From sequence record SRR31156797_1377: DNA of 20,000 nt. One strand, given 5' to 3'. The translations under genes were made by a program, and so were the position numbers. The notes beneath the pieces were generated by a model. That model saw nothing but the letters and a program-made list of their open reading frames with translations, was not told where the DNA came from and made no database searches. Shown one piece after another: positions 1 to 9,971 of this stretch. The first letter of the stretch is position 1. Each line of letters starts with the position of its first letter.

Positions 1-1
1 T

Positions 2-2272
2 GATACGCAAGAGAATACTGTAAAAAGGTTTGTTCATGATCCGGGAAATGAAAATAGTATTAGTGGAGATGGTGTTTATACAATTTTTGAGGAGTCGGAC
101 AGTACTTTGTTAGTAGGTACTACATTAGGATTAAATCGTTATAATAAGCGAACAGAGATATTTAGTTTACTGAAGACCAAACCAAGTTTACACAACTATA
201 GCATTTATAGTATAATTCCTGATGATAAAGGTAATTATTGGATGGCGTCGGATAATGGTTTAATTTGTTTAAACAAGAATACGCTGGAGTGTACCTTTTA
301 TAACGAAAGTGATGGATTACCAGCTAATGAGTTTAACACTACGGCTTCCTGTAAAAGTATAAATGGCGAAATACATATAGGTTCGCCTAAAGGCCTGTTG
401 AGTTTTAATCCGGATTTATTTAAGAAAAACCCATATTATGCTCAACCTGCCATCACTAACTTACAAGTATATAATAGACATATTGCGCCTGGAGATAGTT
501 TAAACGGAAGAGTGCTCTTAAAAGATCAAATTTGGGCAACACCTAAAATAATGTTAAAACATTACGAAAATGATTTTTCGTTACAGTTTTCAGCCATGCA
601 CTTTGCTGTGCCTGAAAATAATCAATACTGGTATATGCTAGAAGGGCACAGAAATCAATGGATTGAAAGTGAGACGACAGATCGACGTTGGGCCTCATTT
701 ACCGGTTTGCCTCCTGGAAATTATACATTCAGGTTAAAAGCTTCAAATAATGATGGAGTTATGTGTAAACCAGATGATGAGGTTTCTTTGCAAATTGTAA
801 TTTTACCACCGTTTTGGCAGAGGCTGGATTTTAAGATTATGATGCTGTTTTTAATACTTGTTTCAATTGTTGCTTTGTTCAGGTTGCGGGTTCGTAAAAT
901 TAAGGCAGCTAATATCAAGCTCGAAAAGAAAGTCGGAGAAAGAACAAAAGAACTGCAAGCAACCAATCATTCGCTAAGCGAGCATAAGGAAGAACTACTT
1001 GCTCAAAGAGAAACATTGGTTAATATTAATAAAAACCTTAAAAAGTCTCAAAACAAAGTTATCAGTCAGAATAAAGAGCTCGATTTACATAGAAATAAGC
1101 TTGAGTTATTGGTTGAAGAACGTACTGCAGAGTTAATTAAGGCTTTGGAAAAAGCAAATGAGTCGGATCGCCTGAAGAGTTCATTTTTGGCTAATATGTC
1201 TCATGAGATAAGAACACCTATGAATGCTATTATTGGTTTTTCATCGCTGTTGCTAGATAGGGATTTGAATGATGATACCAGAAATAAATATTTGGAAACG
1301 ATTATTAAAAACAGTAATTCATTATTGGTTTTAATTAACGATATACTCGATATTTCTCAAATTCATTCTGGTCAGTTAAATTTTAAAATTAAGCCTGTTA
1401 ATCTGGCTACTATTTTACAAGATAGCTATGATGTTTTTAAGTTAAATCATCAAGTGCATAACGTTAAGCTGATTTTAAATATTGAACAACTCAAAAATAA
1501 CGACCTTTGTTTAATGTCGGATGAGGTGCGTTTTAAGCAGGTGCTTACTAATTTGATATCTAATGCTTTAAAGTTTACTAAAGCTGGGCAGGTAGAGTTT
1601 GGTATAAAAGAGATTTCGGATGAGATTATTATTTATGTAAAAGATACCGGCATTGGGATTCCTAAAAATACGGGCGACGATATTTTTGAACGTTTTGCAA
1701 AACTGGAAGATGATCCAAAACATGTGTTTCGTGGAGCTGGTTTAGGCTTGGCGATTAGTAAAAGCCTGGTAAACTTATGGGGAGGAGAACTTTGGTATGA
1801 ATCTGTTGAAAACAAGGGTACTACTTTCTTTTTTTCCCATCCTCTTTCTAATAAAAAGAAAACAGAGAGCGTAAAAACAGAACCATTAAATAGGGATTTT
1901 TCGGCTGTTAAATTAAAAGGAATACAGATTCTTGTTGCTGAGGATGAGGAGTCGAATTTTCAATTGTTACAGGCCTACCTAAGTAGTTGTGAAGTGAAAA
2001 TATTTAGGGCAAAAAATGGAAAAGAAGCTTGTGAAATGGTGGAATCTCAAAAGGTAGATATAGTATTAATGGATATTAAAATGCCTGTAATGAACGGGAT
2101 TGAAGCTGCTAAATACATAAAACTCCAAAATCCCGAATTACCAATAGTTGCACAAACGGCATTTGTTTACACGAATAAAGAAGAATTGATGGAGCAGGGG
2201 ATTTTTGACAGAGTTATAGCCAAACCAATTAAACGTACTGAACTATATAAGATATTGACCGATTTTGTATAA
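2..2272 (+). CDS. Hybrid sensor histidine kinase/response regulator (beta-propeller repeats, Y_Y_Y, TM, HisKA, HATPase_c, REC); 5' end lies outside the window
   Basis: The frame is open from base 2 ([23 protein letters not shown]...), so the listed start at 107 is internal. It has propeller repeats ([10 protein letters not shown]), Y_Y_Y ([20 protein letters not shown]) and a TM after PPFWQR. Kinase boxes: [36 protein letters not shown]1 DTGIGI, G2 GAGLGLAI. The C-terminal REC has [19 protein letters not shown] and KP. No AraC domain. Confidence 0.95.
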   Translation, partial: DTQENTVKRFVHDPGNENSISGDGVYTIFEESDSTLLVGTTLGLNRYNKRTEIFSLLKTKPSLHNYSIYSIIPDDKGNYWMASDNGLICLNKNTLECTFYNESDGLPANEFNTTASCKSINGEIHIGSPKGLLSFNPDLFKKNPYYAQPAITNLQVYNRHIAPGDSLNGRVLLKDQIWATPKIMLKHYENDFSLQFSAMHFAVPENNQYWYMLEGHRNQWIESETTDRRWASFTGLPPGNYTFRLKASNNDGVMCKPDDEVSLQIVILPPFWQRLDFKIMMLFLILVSIVALFRLRVRKIKAANIKLEKKVGERTKELQATNHSLSEHKEELLAQRETLVNINKNLKKSQNKVISQNKELDLHRNKLELLVEERTAELIKALEKANESDRLKSSFLANMSHEIRTPMNAIIGFSSLLLDRDLNDDTRNKYLETIIKNSNSLLVLINDILDISQIHSGQLNFKIKPVNLATILQDSYDVFKLNHQVHNVKLILNIEQLKNNDLCLMSDEVRFKQVLTNLISNALKFTKAGQVEFGIKEISDEIIIYVKDTGIGIPKNTGDDIFERFAKLEDDPKHVFRGAGLGLAISKSLVNLWGGELWYESVENKGTTFFFSHPLSNKKKTESVKTEPLNRDFSAVKLKGIQILVAEDEESNFQLLQAYLSSCEVKIFRAKNGKEACEMVESQKVDIVLMDIKMPVMNGIEAAKYIKLQNPELPIVAQTAFVYTNKEELMEQGIFDRVIAKPIKRTELYKILTDFV

Positions 2273-2354
2273 AACTGTTAGGTGCTTGATAGAAGAAGTA
2301 TGTAATAATAAGGTTTGTTTGTCAAATATTTACAATTCAAGTAAAATAGATATA

Positions 2355-2362
2355 TACTTTTG
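2355..2362 (+). promoter_or_regulatory. Bacteroidota sigma-A -7 element (TACTTTTG) for the acyltransferase gene
   Basis: Exact TAnnTTTG match 26 nt upstream of ATG 2389; no clear -33 TTTG at canonical spacing. Confidence 0.5.
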
Positions 2363-2388
2363 GGGGTAAATAATAATAAAACTTAAGA

Positions 2389-3540
2389 ATGACCCCATCC
2401 AATCCTTTATTTGCATTAATTACATTTTCTATCTGTTTACTTACCGGATTTTTAATTCACCGAAGTTTTAAATTAAAAGCGGCAGTTAATCGCTTCGAAA
2501 CTATTGATGGCTTGCGCGGATTTTTAGCCATTAGTGTGTTTATTCATCATTCAAATGTATGGTATAATTATTTGCAATCGGGTGTTTGGCAAAGTCCTGA
2601 TTCTAGATTGTATGCGCAGTTGGGACAAACCGGAGTAACATTGTTTTTTATGATATCGAGCTTTCTTTTCGTAAATAAACTTTTAGAATTTAAAAATCGT
2701 GAGTTTAATTGGCAGTCTTTTTTTGTTAAGCGTTTCTTTCGTTTAGTACCCTTACACTTTTTTGTAGTTAGCATTATATTTTTTCTAGTGTTTTTAGATA
2801 GTAACTGGATGATTCATTCAAGTTATTTTGGGCTACTTAAAAGTATTCTTCGCTGGTTTGGTTTTGGCTTAATTGGATTGGGAGATATAAACCAAATGGA
2901 TGCATCTATTATTAATGCCGGGGTTTTGTGGTCTCTTTCCTACGAATGGTTACTGTACTTCTCTCTTCCTATTGTTGCTTTACTCGTAAAAAATATAAAG
3001 CCAAGTCTGTTTTATGTTGTTATAGGAGCTGGGTTTATTGCGATTGTGGTGCATTTTAAAACATTGGAGTGGCATCATATGTTATCATTTTTAGGCGGGG
3101 CTATAGCTCCAATTGTACTAAAGTATAATACTCGAAAAATCAACTTTAATCATCCAATTTTTAGCCTTCTTATTGTTGTATTATTGTTACTTACTTTTAG
3201 TTATTTTTCATCAACAAAAAACATAAGTAAATTATTTGTAAGCATTGTATTTACCTTGGTGGCATTAGGGAATGACTTTTTTGGTATACTTCGAAAACCC
3301 ACACTTAAGTTTCTTGGGGATATTAGTTATAGTACCTATTTATGTCATGGTATAATATTATATGTAGGTGTAAATTATGTTTGGGGCATCGATCAGGTTA
3401 AGCAATTTAGTTCCATGCATTATATGTTATTTGTTTTTACTATTGCTCCTGTTGTGGTTTTGAGCAGTTTTGTAACTTTTTATTTTCTCGAGAAGCCATT
3501 TATGAAAATTGGACAACGTATTACAACAGATAAGTTGTAA
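2389..3540 (+). CDS. Membrane-bound acyltransferase family 3 (OafA/YrhL-like O-acyltransferase)
   Basis: Motifs IDGLRGFLAISVFIHH, GVTLFFMISSF, KRFFRLVP, WSLSYEW, LGDISYSTYLCH and FLEKPF; about 10-11 hydrophobic segments; no SGNH domain. Confidence 0.9.
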   Translation: MTPSNPLFALITFSICLLTGFLIHRSFKLKAAVNRFETIDGLRGFLAISVFIHHSNVWYNYLQSGVWQSPDSRLYAQLGQTGVTLFFMISSFLFVNKLLEFKNREFNWQSFFVKRFFRLVPLHFFVVSIIFFLVFLDSNWMIHSSYFGLLKSILRWFGFGLIGLGDINQMDASIINAGVLWSLSYEWLLYFSLPIVALLVKNIKPSLFYVVIGAGFIAIVVHFKTLEWHHMLSFLGGAIAPIVLKYNTRKINFNHPIFSLLIVVLLLLTFSYFSSTKNISKLFVSIVFTLVALGNDFFGILRKPTLKFLGDISYSTYLCHGIILYVGVNYVWGIDQVKQFSSMHYMLFVFTIAPVVVLSSFVTFYFLEKPFMKIGQRITTDKL

Positions 3541-3631
3541 TAACATTTGTATTTCATTATGTAATAATATACTTTAGGAACTTAATAATTATAAATTAAT
3601 TAGAATCTACACTTAAATATTAACACCTGCT

Positions 3632-4816
3632 ATGAAAAAACTCTTATTAGCCTTATTAGTATTTACTACATTTACTGTATCTAAATCTTATGCTCAATTA
3701 AATTATCTTCCCGGATATATTGTTACATTAGATAAGGATACTATTCATGGAAGAGTTGCTTTTAAAGGAGATGAGGCTCTCTGTAAATATTGCCTGTTTA
3801 AATCAGAAGATAAAAAAGCAAAGAAATATTTTCCTGAAGAAATTAGAGCTTTTTGCATTAAAGGCACACGGTATTATGAATCTTTTAAGATTGACGAAAA
3901 ATCAAAATTTTTAGAACTACTTTTTAAAGGGGCATTAAATATTTATTATCACACCGATAAAAACAGCAAGAACTACTATGCTAAAAAGGAAAATGGAGAA
4001 CTGAAACCTCTGAAGTACTACGAACGATCTGTTTTGATAAATGAGAAAGGAACTGTTGAAGATGCAAAGGATTTTGATATTACAGAATACGATATGTCAT
4101 CTTGGAATTCAGGTAAGCAGAAGGTAGTGTTGCGCATTGAGGAATATAAGAAAACACTGGATACATTAATGAGTGATATGCCGGAGATGGCAGGTGAGAT
4201 TAACAGGTTGGGTAAGGTGGAACATAAGGAACTGATTGGTGTCTCACAGGTTTATCATCAGCTGAAATATAAAAATGAGGATTATATTGTTTATCATCAG
4301 AACAATAAAAAGGGTTTGCTTGAATTTTCAGTGGGATTGCTAAATATAGAATATAGCTATATAAAAATGAAAAATTCTTATACGATGTATGGGATGAAAG
4401 GATATACTCCTTTAAGGGGGAGTAACTTATTTTTTGGCTATGGGTTACAGTTTGCGGCTTTTGAAACTCCGCCAGGAATTGATATTATTGAATCACAGCA
4501 GGTACAAATCCCATCTATAAATTATGGGGTTTTTCGTATTCCTTTTTCTTTTGGATATATCTACCCGGGAAAAGTTTTATTGCCATATGCCTCAGTTGGA
4601 TTCAATGTGTATATTATAAGAGAGAAGTATTCTTTTGGAAAGGTAGTAACCCATGCAGAACCATTTTTACCATCTTATAGTTTGGGGTTAGCAGCAAACG
4701 TTTATAAAAATCTTCAGCTTACGGTTAATTTAGAAGGGGATTTCTGGGATTTGAATGTATTTTCGAGTTCAAAGTTTAGTCAAACGAAAAATATAGGCCT
4801 TCGTTATCGTTTTTAA
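3632..4816 (+). CDS. Hypothetical exported protein, probably with a C-terminal outer-membrane beta-barrel
   Basis: Signal peptide MKKLLLALLVF...SYA|Q. The N-terminal 'PGYIVTLDKDTIHG' domain is typical of Bacteroidota hypothetical proteins. The C-terminal half has alternating aromatic/Gly strands and ends GLRYRF, a BAM-type terminal Phe. Confidence 0.7.
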   Translation: MKKLLLALLVFTTFTVSKSYAQLNYLPGYIVTLDKDTIHGRVAFKGDEALCKYCLFKSEDKKAKKYFPEEIRAFCIKGTRYYESFKIDEKSKFLELLFKGALNIYYHTDKNSKNYYAKKENGELKPLKYYERSVLINEKGTVEDAKDFDITEYDMSSWNSGKQKVVLRIEEYKKTLDTLMSDMPEMAGEINRLGKVEHKELIGVSQVYHQLKYKNEDYIVYHQNNKKGLLEFSVGLLNIEYSYIKMKNSYTMYGMKGYTPLRGSNLFFGYGLQFAAFETPPGIDIIESQQVQIPSINYGVFRIPFSFGYIYPGKVLLPYASVGFNVYIIREKYSFGKVVTHAEPFLPSYSLGLAANVYKNLQLTVNLEGDFWDLNVFSSSKFSQTKNIGLRYRF

Positions 4817-4922
4817 CACAGTTTAAACTCTAGTGTTAGCTTTCAAAAGGTTAAACTTAAATGGTTTAAGATTGTTTCTAAAGTAATAAGCAGATTTGTT
4901 TTAAACCAAAAAAAGAAGCGCC

Positions 4923-5294
4923 ATGAGAGTATTTATTGAGTTTTGGAAAGCGAAAGAGACATGGTATCAAATGTCGAAGACCGAAAGAGCCAATTACGTG
5001 GATAGCACGGGAGCTTTAATGAAGAAGTTAATGACGGAAGGTTTGATTATTGTAGATGCCTGGGGAATAAACGAGGATGCTACATCGCATAGAGCTGATT
5101 ACGATTTTTTTGCGGTTACAAAAATGCCATCTGTTGAGTTATTGCTCCAATTTCAGGATATTTTAGAGGAGCATGGTTGGTACAAATATTTTGATCAGAT
5201 TAATATGTCAGGTAAAGATGTAGGAGTGGAGCAAACAACCAACCATATGATTAATCTGGAAAAAGAAGAACTGGTGATTGAAAAGAATATTTAG
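4923..5294 (+). CDS. DUF6616-like small protein (probable dimeric alpha/beta-barrel fold)
   Basis: Pattern FIEFW..K..W..MS..ER...AWG.NE......DYDFFAV...GWY.YF.Q.N.SG recalled as DUF6616; not verified by search. Confidence 0.6.
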   Translation: MRVFIEFWKAKETWYQMSKTERANYVDSTGALMKKLMTEGLIIVDAWGINEDATSHRADYDFFAVTKMPSVELLLQFQDILEEHGWYKYFDQINMSGKDVGVEQTTNHMINLEKEELVIEKNI

Positions 5295-5311
5295 AACTTA
5301 ATATAATTAAC

Positions 5312-5349
5312 GAGGCTATCCAATGAGATTTTTGGATAGCCTCTTTTTT
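5312..5349 (+). terminator. Intrinsic terminator between the convergent DUF6616-like gene and nth
   Basis: Perfect 12-bp stem GAGGCTATCCAA (5312-5323) / TTGGATAGCCTC (5332-5343), 8-nt loop, then T6. Confidence 0.85.
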
Positions 5350-5362
5350 AATTAATAAAGTT

Positions 5363-6022
5363 TTATTTCGACTTACTTTTCTGTTTTAGTGTATTTTGAT
5401 AATACTTGCAATATTCTTGTAATCCACATTTGGTGCACTTGGGATTGCGGGCAATACAAACATATCTTCCGTGTAAAATTAACCAATGGTGAGCTATGGG
5501 TAATAGTTCTTCGGCAAAATGTTTCACCAGCTGCTTTTCTGTTTCCAAGGGGGTTTTAGAATTGGTCGTCAATCCTATTCTTTCCGACACTCTAAAAACA
5601 TGGGTGTCTACTGCCATGGCTGGCTTTTCGTATACCACGCTGGCGATTACATTGGCTGTTTTTCTACCTACTCCCGGGAGTTTTTGTAGTTCCTTAATAT
5701 CATCTGGAACCACATTGTTGAAATCGTTTAACAACATTTTAGCCATGCCTATCAGGTGTTTGCTTTTATTGTTGGGATAGGTACATGAGCGAATATAATC
5801 GAATACCTCAGCAGGTTCAGCTTCCGATAATTCTTTGGCCGAAGGATAGCGTTTGAAAAGATCGGGAGTTATCATATTTACGCGTTTATCGGTGCATTGT
5901 GCAGAAAGAATGACAGCTACCAGCAATTCGTATGGGTTGGTATAGTCCAGTTCAGTTTCGGCAATAGGCATATTTTTCTGAAACCACGCTGTTATCTTTT
6001 CAAAACGTTCTTTTTTAGTCAT
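5363..6022 (-). CDS. nth: Endonuclease III (HhH-GPD DNA glycosylase/AP lyase, 4Fe-4S)
   Basis: LLVAVILSAQCTDKRVN, HhH LPGVGRKTANV, VDTHVFRV, ILHGRYVC and C-x6-C-x2-C-x5-C (CIARNPKCTKCGLQEYC). Confidence 0.97.
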   Translation of the reverse strand: MTKKERFEKITAWFQKNMPIAETELDYTNPYELLVAVILSAQCTDKRVNMITPDLFKRYPSAKELSEAEPAEVFDYIRSCTYPNNKSKHLIGMAKMLLNDFNNVVPDDIKELQKLPGVGRKTANVIASVVYEKPAMAVDTHVFRVSERIGLTTNSKTPLETEKQLVKHFAEELLPIAHHWLILHGRYVCIARNPKCTKCGLQEYCKYYQNTLKQKSKSK

Positions 6023-6072
6023 TGATATTGTATTGTCAAGTTGTTTATTTGTTGAGAGTAAGGTTTGGTTAA

Positions 6073-8382
6073 CTATAGGCTCGTCAACTTTAATCCAAAG
6101 AAAACTGTTCTTGGTCTCGAAGGGCCATAAATATAACCGCTGTCTCTGTTTTTACCTGTATCAAAATCATCCTGATACTGATTAAAAATATTCTGAATAC
6201 CTCCAAAAACTTCAATACCTACACCTTTTTCCAGCCATTTAAATTCGTAGGATGTTTTAATGTTGTTTTCTAAATACGATGTTGTTTCAATTAACTCATC
6301 TCTGCCATAATGCGGAACTAACATAGATCCTGTATATACCCCTGAAAGAGCCGCTTTAATATTGTACCTTGGCGTCCATGTAAAAGTATAGTAGCCATAA
6401 TCTTCAGGCGTACGCAAATAGTCTTTTAAACCCGGGTTGTTTTCTGACCAAACCACCTTTTTCTCAAACTGACTTTTTTGCAAGGTAATACCCGCTTCGA
6501 GTTGAACTCTTCGGTTATAATTACCCCTGATTTCGAAAGTACCTCCAGCTACAGTTGATCCATCTCCATTTCTTTTTTCTAGTATAGAATTACCATCTCC
6601 ATCAGTGCCAATTTCCTCTAAAATAAAAGCTTTATTTAATTGGGTGTAAAAACCTTCGAGGGTAAATCCCCAAACAAAATGTTCATTTGGTTTATCAAAG
6701 TTAATAGAAGTGCTCCAGCTCTGAGAGCGCTCTTCTTTTAAATCTTCGGCAAGTACAACGCGTTGAATTCCTCCTCCTGAAAAAGCAATATGCATATCGG
6801 CATCAAATGCCTGAGGTGCTCTGAATCCGGTAGACCAGCTCGATCTGAATTGCCAGTAATCCTGTTTGTAAAGCAAGGATATACGCGGGCTTAAAATCAT
6901 ATTGTTCACCATGTTGTGCTTGTCGGCTCTTAGTCCGGTTAATAAAGTCAGCTTTCTGTTAATGGACCAGTCACTTTGTAAAAATGCTCCGGTATTTTTA
7001 GTGGTTTGATCTAAGAAATATTCATAGGCTTTAATCTCATCATCCACCATATCGTAATTGTATTCTAAACCAAAACTCAGGTTGTTTTTACCCGAAATAA
7101 AATGATTTAGCATGTGGTTCAGTTGAATCCCACCGATATAGGTTTTGCTATCGGTAATCCCGTATGGAGGATTGGTAAAATGTTCATCGTATCCTTCTTC
7201 GTTATCATCGGGCATGATACCGGTATAATGATCCCTGTCGGTACTTTGACCAGCAATATAGGCTGCAAATGAAGACAGGTTATCATTAAATAATACGCTA
7301 TAATCCACTCCACCCATTAATACATTGTGGATGCGCTCTTCACTTTGATCAGCCAGATAAGCAGGTCCATCTTCTTTATTTCCTCCATATCTGTACTCAT
7401 ACATCGAAGAAATATTGAATTCTATTTTATGGTTGGGAGCAGGTAGCAAAAATGCGTTTAAGCCAAAAGAGTTGTTCTTTAATTGCGCCATCTCACTAAA
7501 TCCATCATTGTTGAGGTCGTAGGAATCTCGCTTACGATGCGATGCAAACAAGCTTAATCCGGCATTTCTTCTGTCGCTTACCGAACTGGCATTTCCATTG
7601 ATGATGAAGTCGCTGGATTCACCGTTTATAACAGCAGTATTGGTATTGATGGAATAAGCATCTCTATCCGGCAAACGGGTAATTACATTTACAGTTCCTC
7701 CAATGGCACCGGCACCGTATAATGCAGAAGCACCTCCACGAACCACTTCGATGCGTTCAATCATATTGGTAGGAATCTGCTCCAGGCCATATAATCCGGT
7801 TAAGGGGCTAAAAACAGGACGGCTGTTAATCAGGATTTGAGAATAACCACCTCCCAGTCCATTCATTCTTAATTGCGTATAATTACATGTCTGGCAATCG
7901 GTTTCAAGTCTTAACCCCGGCTGAAAAACCAAACCTTCGGAAAGGGTATTGGCCTGAATCATCTCCAGTTTTTTTCCTTCCATCACATTTACAATGACCG
8001 GGCTGTCGGTAATACGTTTAAATGTTTTGGTGCCGGTAATCACCACATCATCAATGGCCATGATATGCTCTTTTAGCTCAAAGTTGACCTCTATACTTTT
8101 ACCTGCAATAATTGTAATTTCTTTCTCAACAGGCATAAATCCAACACTATTCGCTACTAAAATATGTTTGCCCGGAGGTAAATCAATGAGCATATAGTGT
8201 CCGGATAAATCGGTGGCTGTGCCTAAATTGGTTCCTTTAATAAAAATGTTAACAAAAGGTAAGTGCTCTCCATTACTTTGAACGTCGCCAAAAACATTCG
8301 CATCAGAATGCTCCTGAGCATGGAGTGTACCTGTTGTAATAAGGATGCTAAAAATGACAAATGCGATATTTTTGATATTCAT
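6073..8382 (-). CDS. TonB-dependent outer-membrane receptor with N-terminal CarboxypepD_reg-like domain and plug CxxC motif
   Basis: Signal peptide ...LHA|Q; N-domain LPFVNIFIKGTNLGTATDLSGHY; TonB-box-like DDVVITGT; plug IERIEVVRGGASALYGAGAIGGTVNVIT; ETDCQTCNYTQLRMNGL; C-terminal GPSRPRTVFFGLKL. Confidence 0.95.
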   Translation of the reverse strand: MNIKNIAFVIFSILITTGTLHAQEHSDANVFGDVQSNGEHLPFVNIFIKGTNLGTATDLSGHYMLIDLPPGKHILVANSVGFMPVEKEITIIAGKSIEVNFELKEHIMAIDDVVITGTKTFKRITDSPVIVNVMEGKKLEMIQANTLSEGLVFQPGLRLETDCQTCNYTQLRMNGLGGGYSQILINSRPVFSPLTGLYGLEQIPTNMIERIEVVRGGASALYGAGAIGGTVNVITRLPDRDAYSINTNTAVINGESSDFIINGNASSVSDRRNAGLSLFASHRKRDSYDLNNDGFSEMAQLKNNSFGLNAFLLPAPNHKIEFNISSMYEYRYGGNKEDGPAYLADQSEERIHNVLMGGVDYSVLFNDNLSSFAAYIAGQSTDRDHYTGIMPDDNEEGYDEHFTNPPYGITDSKTYIGGIQLNHMLNHFISGKNNLSFGLEYNYDMVDDEIKAYEYFLDQTTKNTGAFLQSDWSINRKLTLLTGLRADKHNMVNNMILSPRISLLYKQDYWQFRSSWSTGFRAPQAFDADMHIAFSGGGIQRVVLAEDLKEERSQSWSTSINFDKPNEHFVWGFTLEGFYTQLNKAFILEEIGTDGDGNSILEKRNGDGSTVAGGTFEIRGNYNRRVQLEAGITLQKSQFEKKVVWSENNPGLKDYLRTPEDYGYYTFTWTPRYNIKAALSGVYTGSMLVPHYGRDELIETTSYLENNIKTSYEFKWLEKGVGIEVFGGIQNIFNQYQDDFDTGKNRDSGYIYGPSRPRTVFFGLKLTSL

Positions 8383-8403
8383 ATTTGATTCTTTTTCTTG
8401 TTT

Positions 8404-9222
8404 CTACAGAAATAGTAATAAACTAATAGCCATTACTACCATGCCGGCAATCAGTCCATAAATAGATAAATGGTGTTCACCATATTCTTGAGCAGCAGGT
8501 AAAAGTTCATCCAAACTGATGAAAACCATAATTCCGGCCACACCGGCAAAGATTACCCCAAACATAGTTGGTGATAAAAATGGCATTAAGATCAAGTAAC
8601 CTACAATGGCACCTATTGGTTCAGATAAACCGGAAAGAAAACTTAAACGGAAAGCTCTTCGTCTGCTTCCGGTGGCATAATAAATAGGTACAGAAACAGC
8701 GATTCCTTCCGGGATATTGTGAATGGCAATGGCTACTGCAATAGCAATACCCAGATTAGGATCGGTTAATGCGGCTGTAAAAGTTGCCAGTCCTTCCGGA
8801 AAGTTGTGGATTCCAATAGCTAAAGCTGTAAATAAGCCCATACGCATCAGGTGTTTTCCTTTTTTGTCAGCCTTACCTTCCATGCCTTCAATTTTTTCCA
8901 TTTCGTGTGGGTTTTCAGCTGAAGGAATAAATTTATCAATAATGGCAATAAGTGCCATTCCGGCAAAAAAGGATATAACTGTGTACCAGGTTCCGGCTAC
9001 TTCTCCATAGCCTTCAATTAAGTTATCTTTTGCCTTAAAAAATATTTCAACAAAAGATACATATATCATTACGCCTGCCGAAAAGCCTAAGGATAATGAA
9101 AGAAACTTTGTGTTCGTTCTTTTGGCAAAAAAGGCCATGGCACTTCCAATACCAGTGGCTAAACCGGCAAATAAGGTTAGCCCAAAAGCAGTTAAAACGT
9201 GCGAAAATTCAATGTTTTCCAT
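8404..9222 (-). CDS. zupT: ZIP-family divalent metal transporter ZupT
   Basis: [17 protein letters not shown], paired HNFPEG / HNIPEG metal-binding helices, [17 protein letters not shown]. Confidence 0.95.
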   Translation of the reverse strand: MENIEFSHVLTAFGLTLFAGLATGIGSAMAFFAKRTNTKFLSLSLGFSAGVMIYVSFVEIFFKAKDNLIEGYGEVAGTWYTVISFFAGMALIAIIDKFIPSAENPHEMEKIEGMEGKADKKGKHLMRMGLFTALAIGIHNFPEGLATFTAALTDPNLGIAIAVAIAIHNIPEGIAVSVPIYYATGSRRRAFRLSFLSGLSEPIGAIVGYLILMPFLSPTMFGVIFAGVAGIMVFISLDELLPAAQEYGEHHLSIYGLIAGMVVMAISLLLFL

Positions 9223-9253
9223 GATATGTTATTTTATCGTTTTCAGTAATTGT

Positions 9254-9916
9254 TTATTCTATGATTTTGCAAAATATTCTTTTTTGTATGGTTTGGGATA
9301 GGTGAATCTTATTTCCATTTAAATCCACTTCCATTGATTTATCTAGTTTAAATACCTTTAAGATTTTAAAACTGGCACCTGTTTCAATTTTATAATGTTC
9401 AAATAATTGTTGCACTTCTTCATCAGCATAAATTAACCTGACTATTGTTCCTTTATCTCCATTGGATAATTGATCCAGCTTTAATGCATTTTTATGTTTG
9501 ACGATAGAACCATCTGCTTGCGGAATGGGATCACCGTGTGGATCGAATTCCGGAAAATTCAAATATTCATCCAGTTTCTCTAATAAATTATCTGAAGTCT
9601 GATGCTCCAGTAATTCAGCTTCATTATGCACCTCTGTTAAATCTAAGTCTAATACTTGATGCAAGAACATTTCCCATATTCTGTGCCTGCGTATTACTTT
9701 AATAGCTACATTTTTTCCAGCGTCTGTTAATTGTAACTCTTTGTATGGCTCATAAATAAGCAAGTCTTTAGCTGCCAGTTTTTTTGCCATATCAGAAATC
9801 GCAGGACCCGAAATTCCTAAACGAGCAGACAAATTACTGGTAGAAGCTTTTTCACCTTCGTCGTATTTCAATGTGAATACGTTTTTTAGGAAGTTTTCAA
9901 CAGAAATCGAATTCAT
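9254..9916 (-). CDS. mntR: DtxR/MntR-family metal-dependent repressor with C-terminal FeoA domain
   Basis: wHTH N-terminus (ENFLK), RRHRIWEMFL, HNEAELLEH and FDPHGDPIP, followed by a FeoA/SH3-like domain. The symbol is tentative and based on Asn/Glu ligands instead of DtxR Met/Cys. Confidence 0.9.
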   Translation of the reverse strand: MNSISVENFLKNVFTLKYDEGEKASTSNLSARLGISGPAISDMAKKLAAKDLLIYEPYKELQLTDAGKNVAIKVIRRHRIWEMFLHQVLDLDLTEVHNEAELLEHQTSDNLLEKLDEYLNFPEFDPHGDPIPQADGSIVKHKNALKLDQLSNGDKGTIVRLIYADEEVQQLFEHYKIETGASFKILKVFKLDKSMEVDLNGNKIHLSQTIQKRIFCKIIE

Positions 9917-9936
9917 TTATTTAGTTTGCTTTTAGG

Positions 9937-9967
9937 CAAAGTTAAGTAAGCTTAATAAATAATCAAA
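9937..9967 (-). promoter_or_regulatory. Bacteroidota sigma-A promoter of the mntR-zupT-TBDR-nth operon
   Basis: Minus strand reads TTTG (9967-9964), 19 nt, TAACTTTG (9944-9937): a full TTTG-N19-TAnnTTTG consensus 20 nt upstream of ATG 9916. Confidence 0.8.
9942..9955. promoter_or_regulatory. Putative DtxR/MntR operator TTAAG-TAAG-CTTAA
   Basis: 5-4-5 inverted repeat with 11/14 identity to the DtxR core TTAGGTTAGCCTAA; overlaps the -7 element of the regulator's own promoter. Confidence 0.7.
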
Positions 9968-9971
9968 CTTT

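Noticed and set aside
107-109. Listed start of the 721-aa kinase
   Set aside because: The frame is open back to base 2 and continues propeller-repeat sequence; the true start is outside the window.
721-2774. Short minus-strand ORFs 721-966, 1633-1815 and 2568-2774
   Set aside because: Antisense shadows of well-supported genes with no recognisable motifs.
4856-4870. CTTAAA-TGG-TTTAAG palindrome upstream of the DUF6616-like gene
   Set aside because: Short AT-rich 6-bp repeat, compatible with chance.
6061-6072. AGGTTTGGTTAA resembles the candidate sRNA loop AGGTTTAGGTTA, so the nth upstream mRNA could pair with it
   Set aside because: Only about 11 nt with a bulge, roughly 40-50 nt upstream of the nth start; expected by chance and unsupported without target-prediction statistics.
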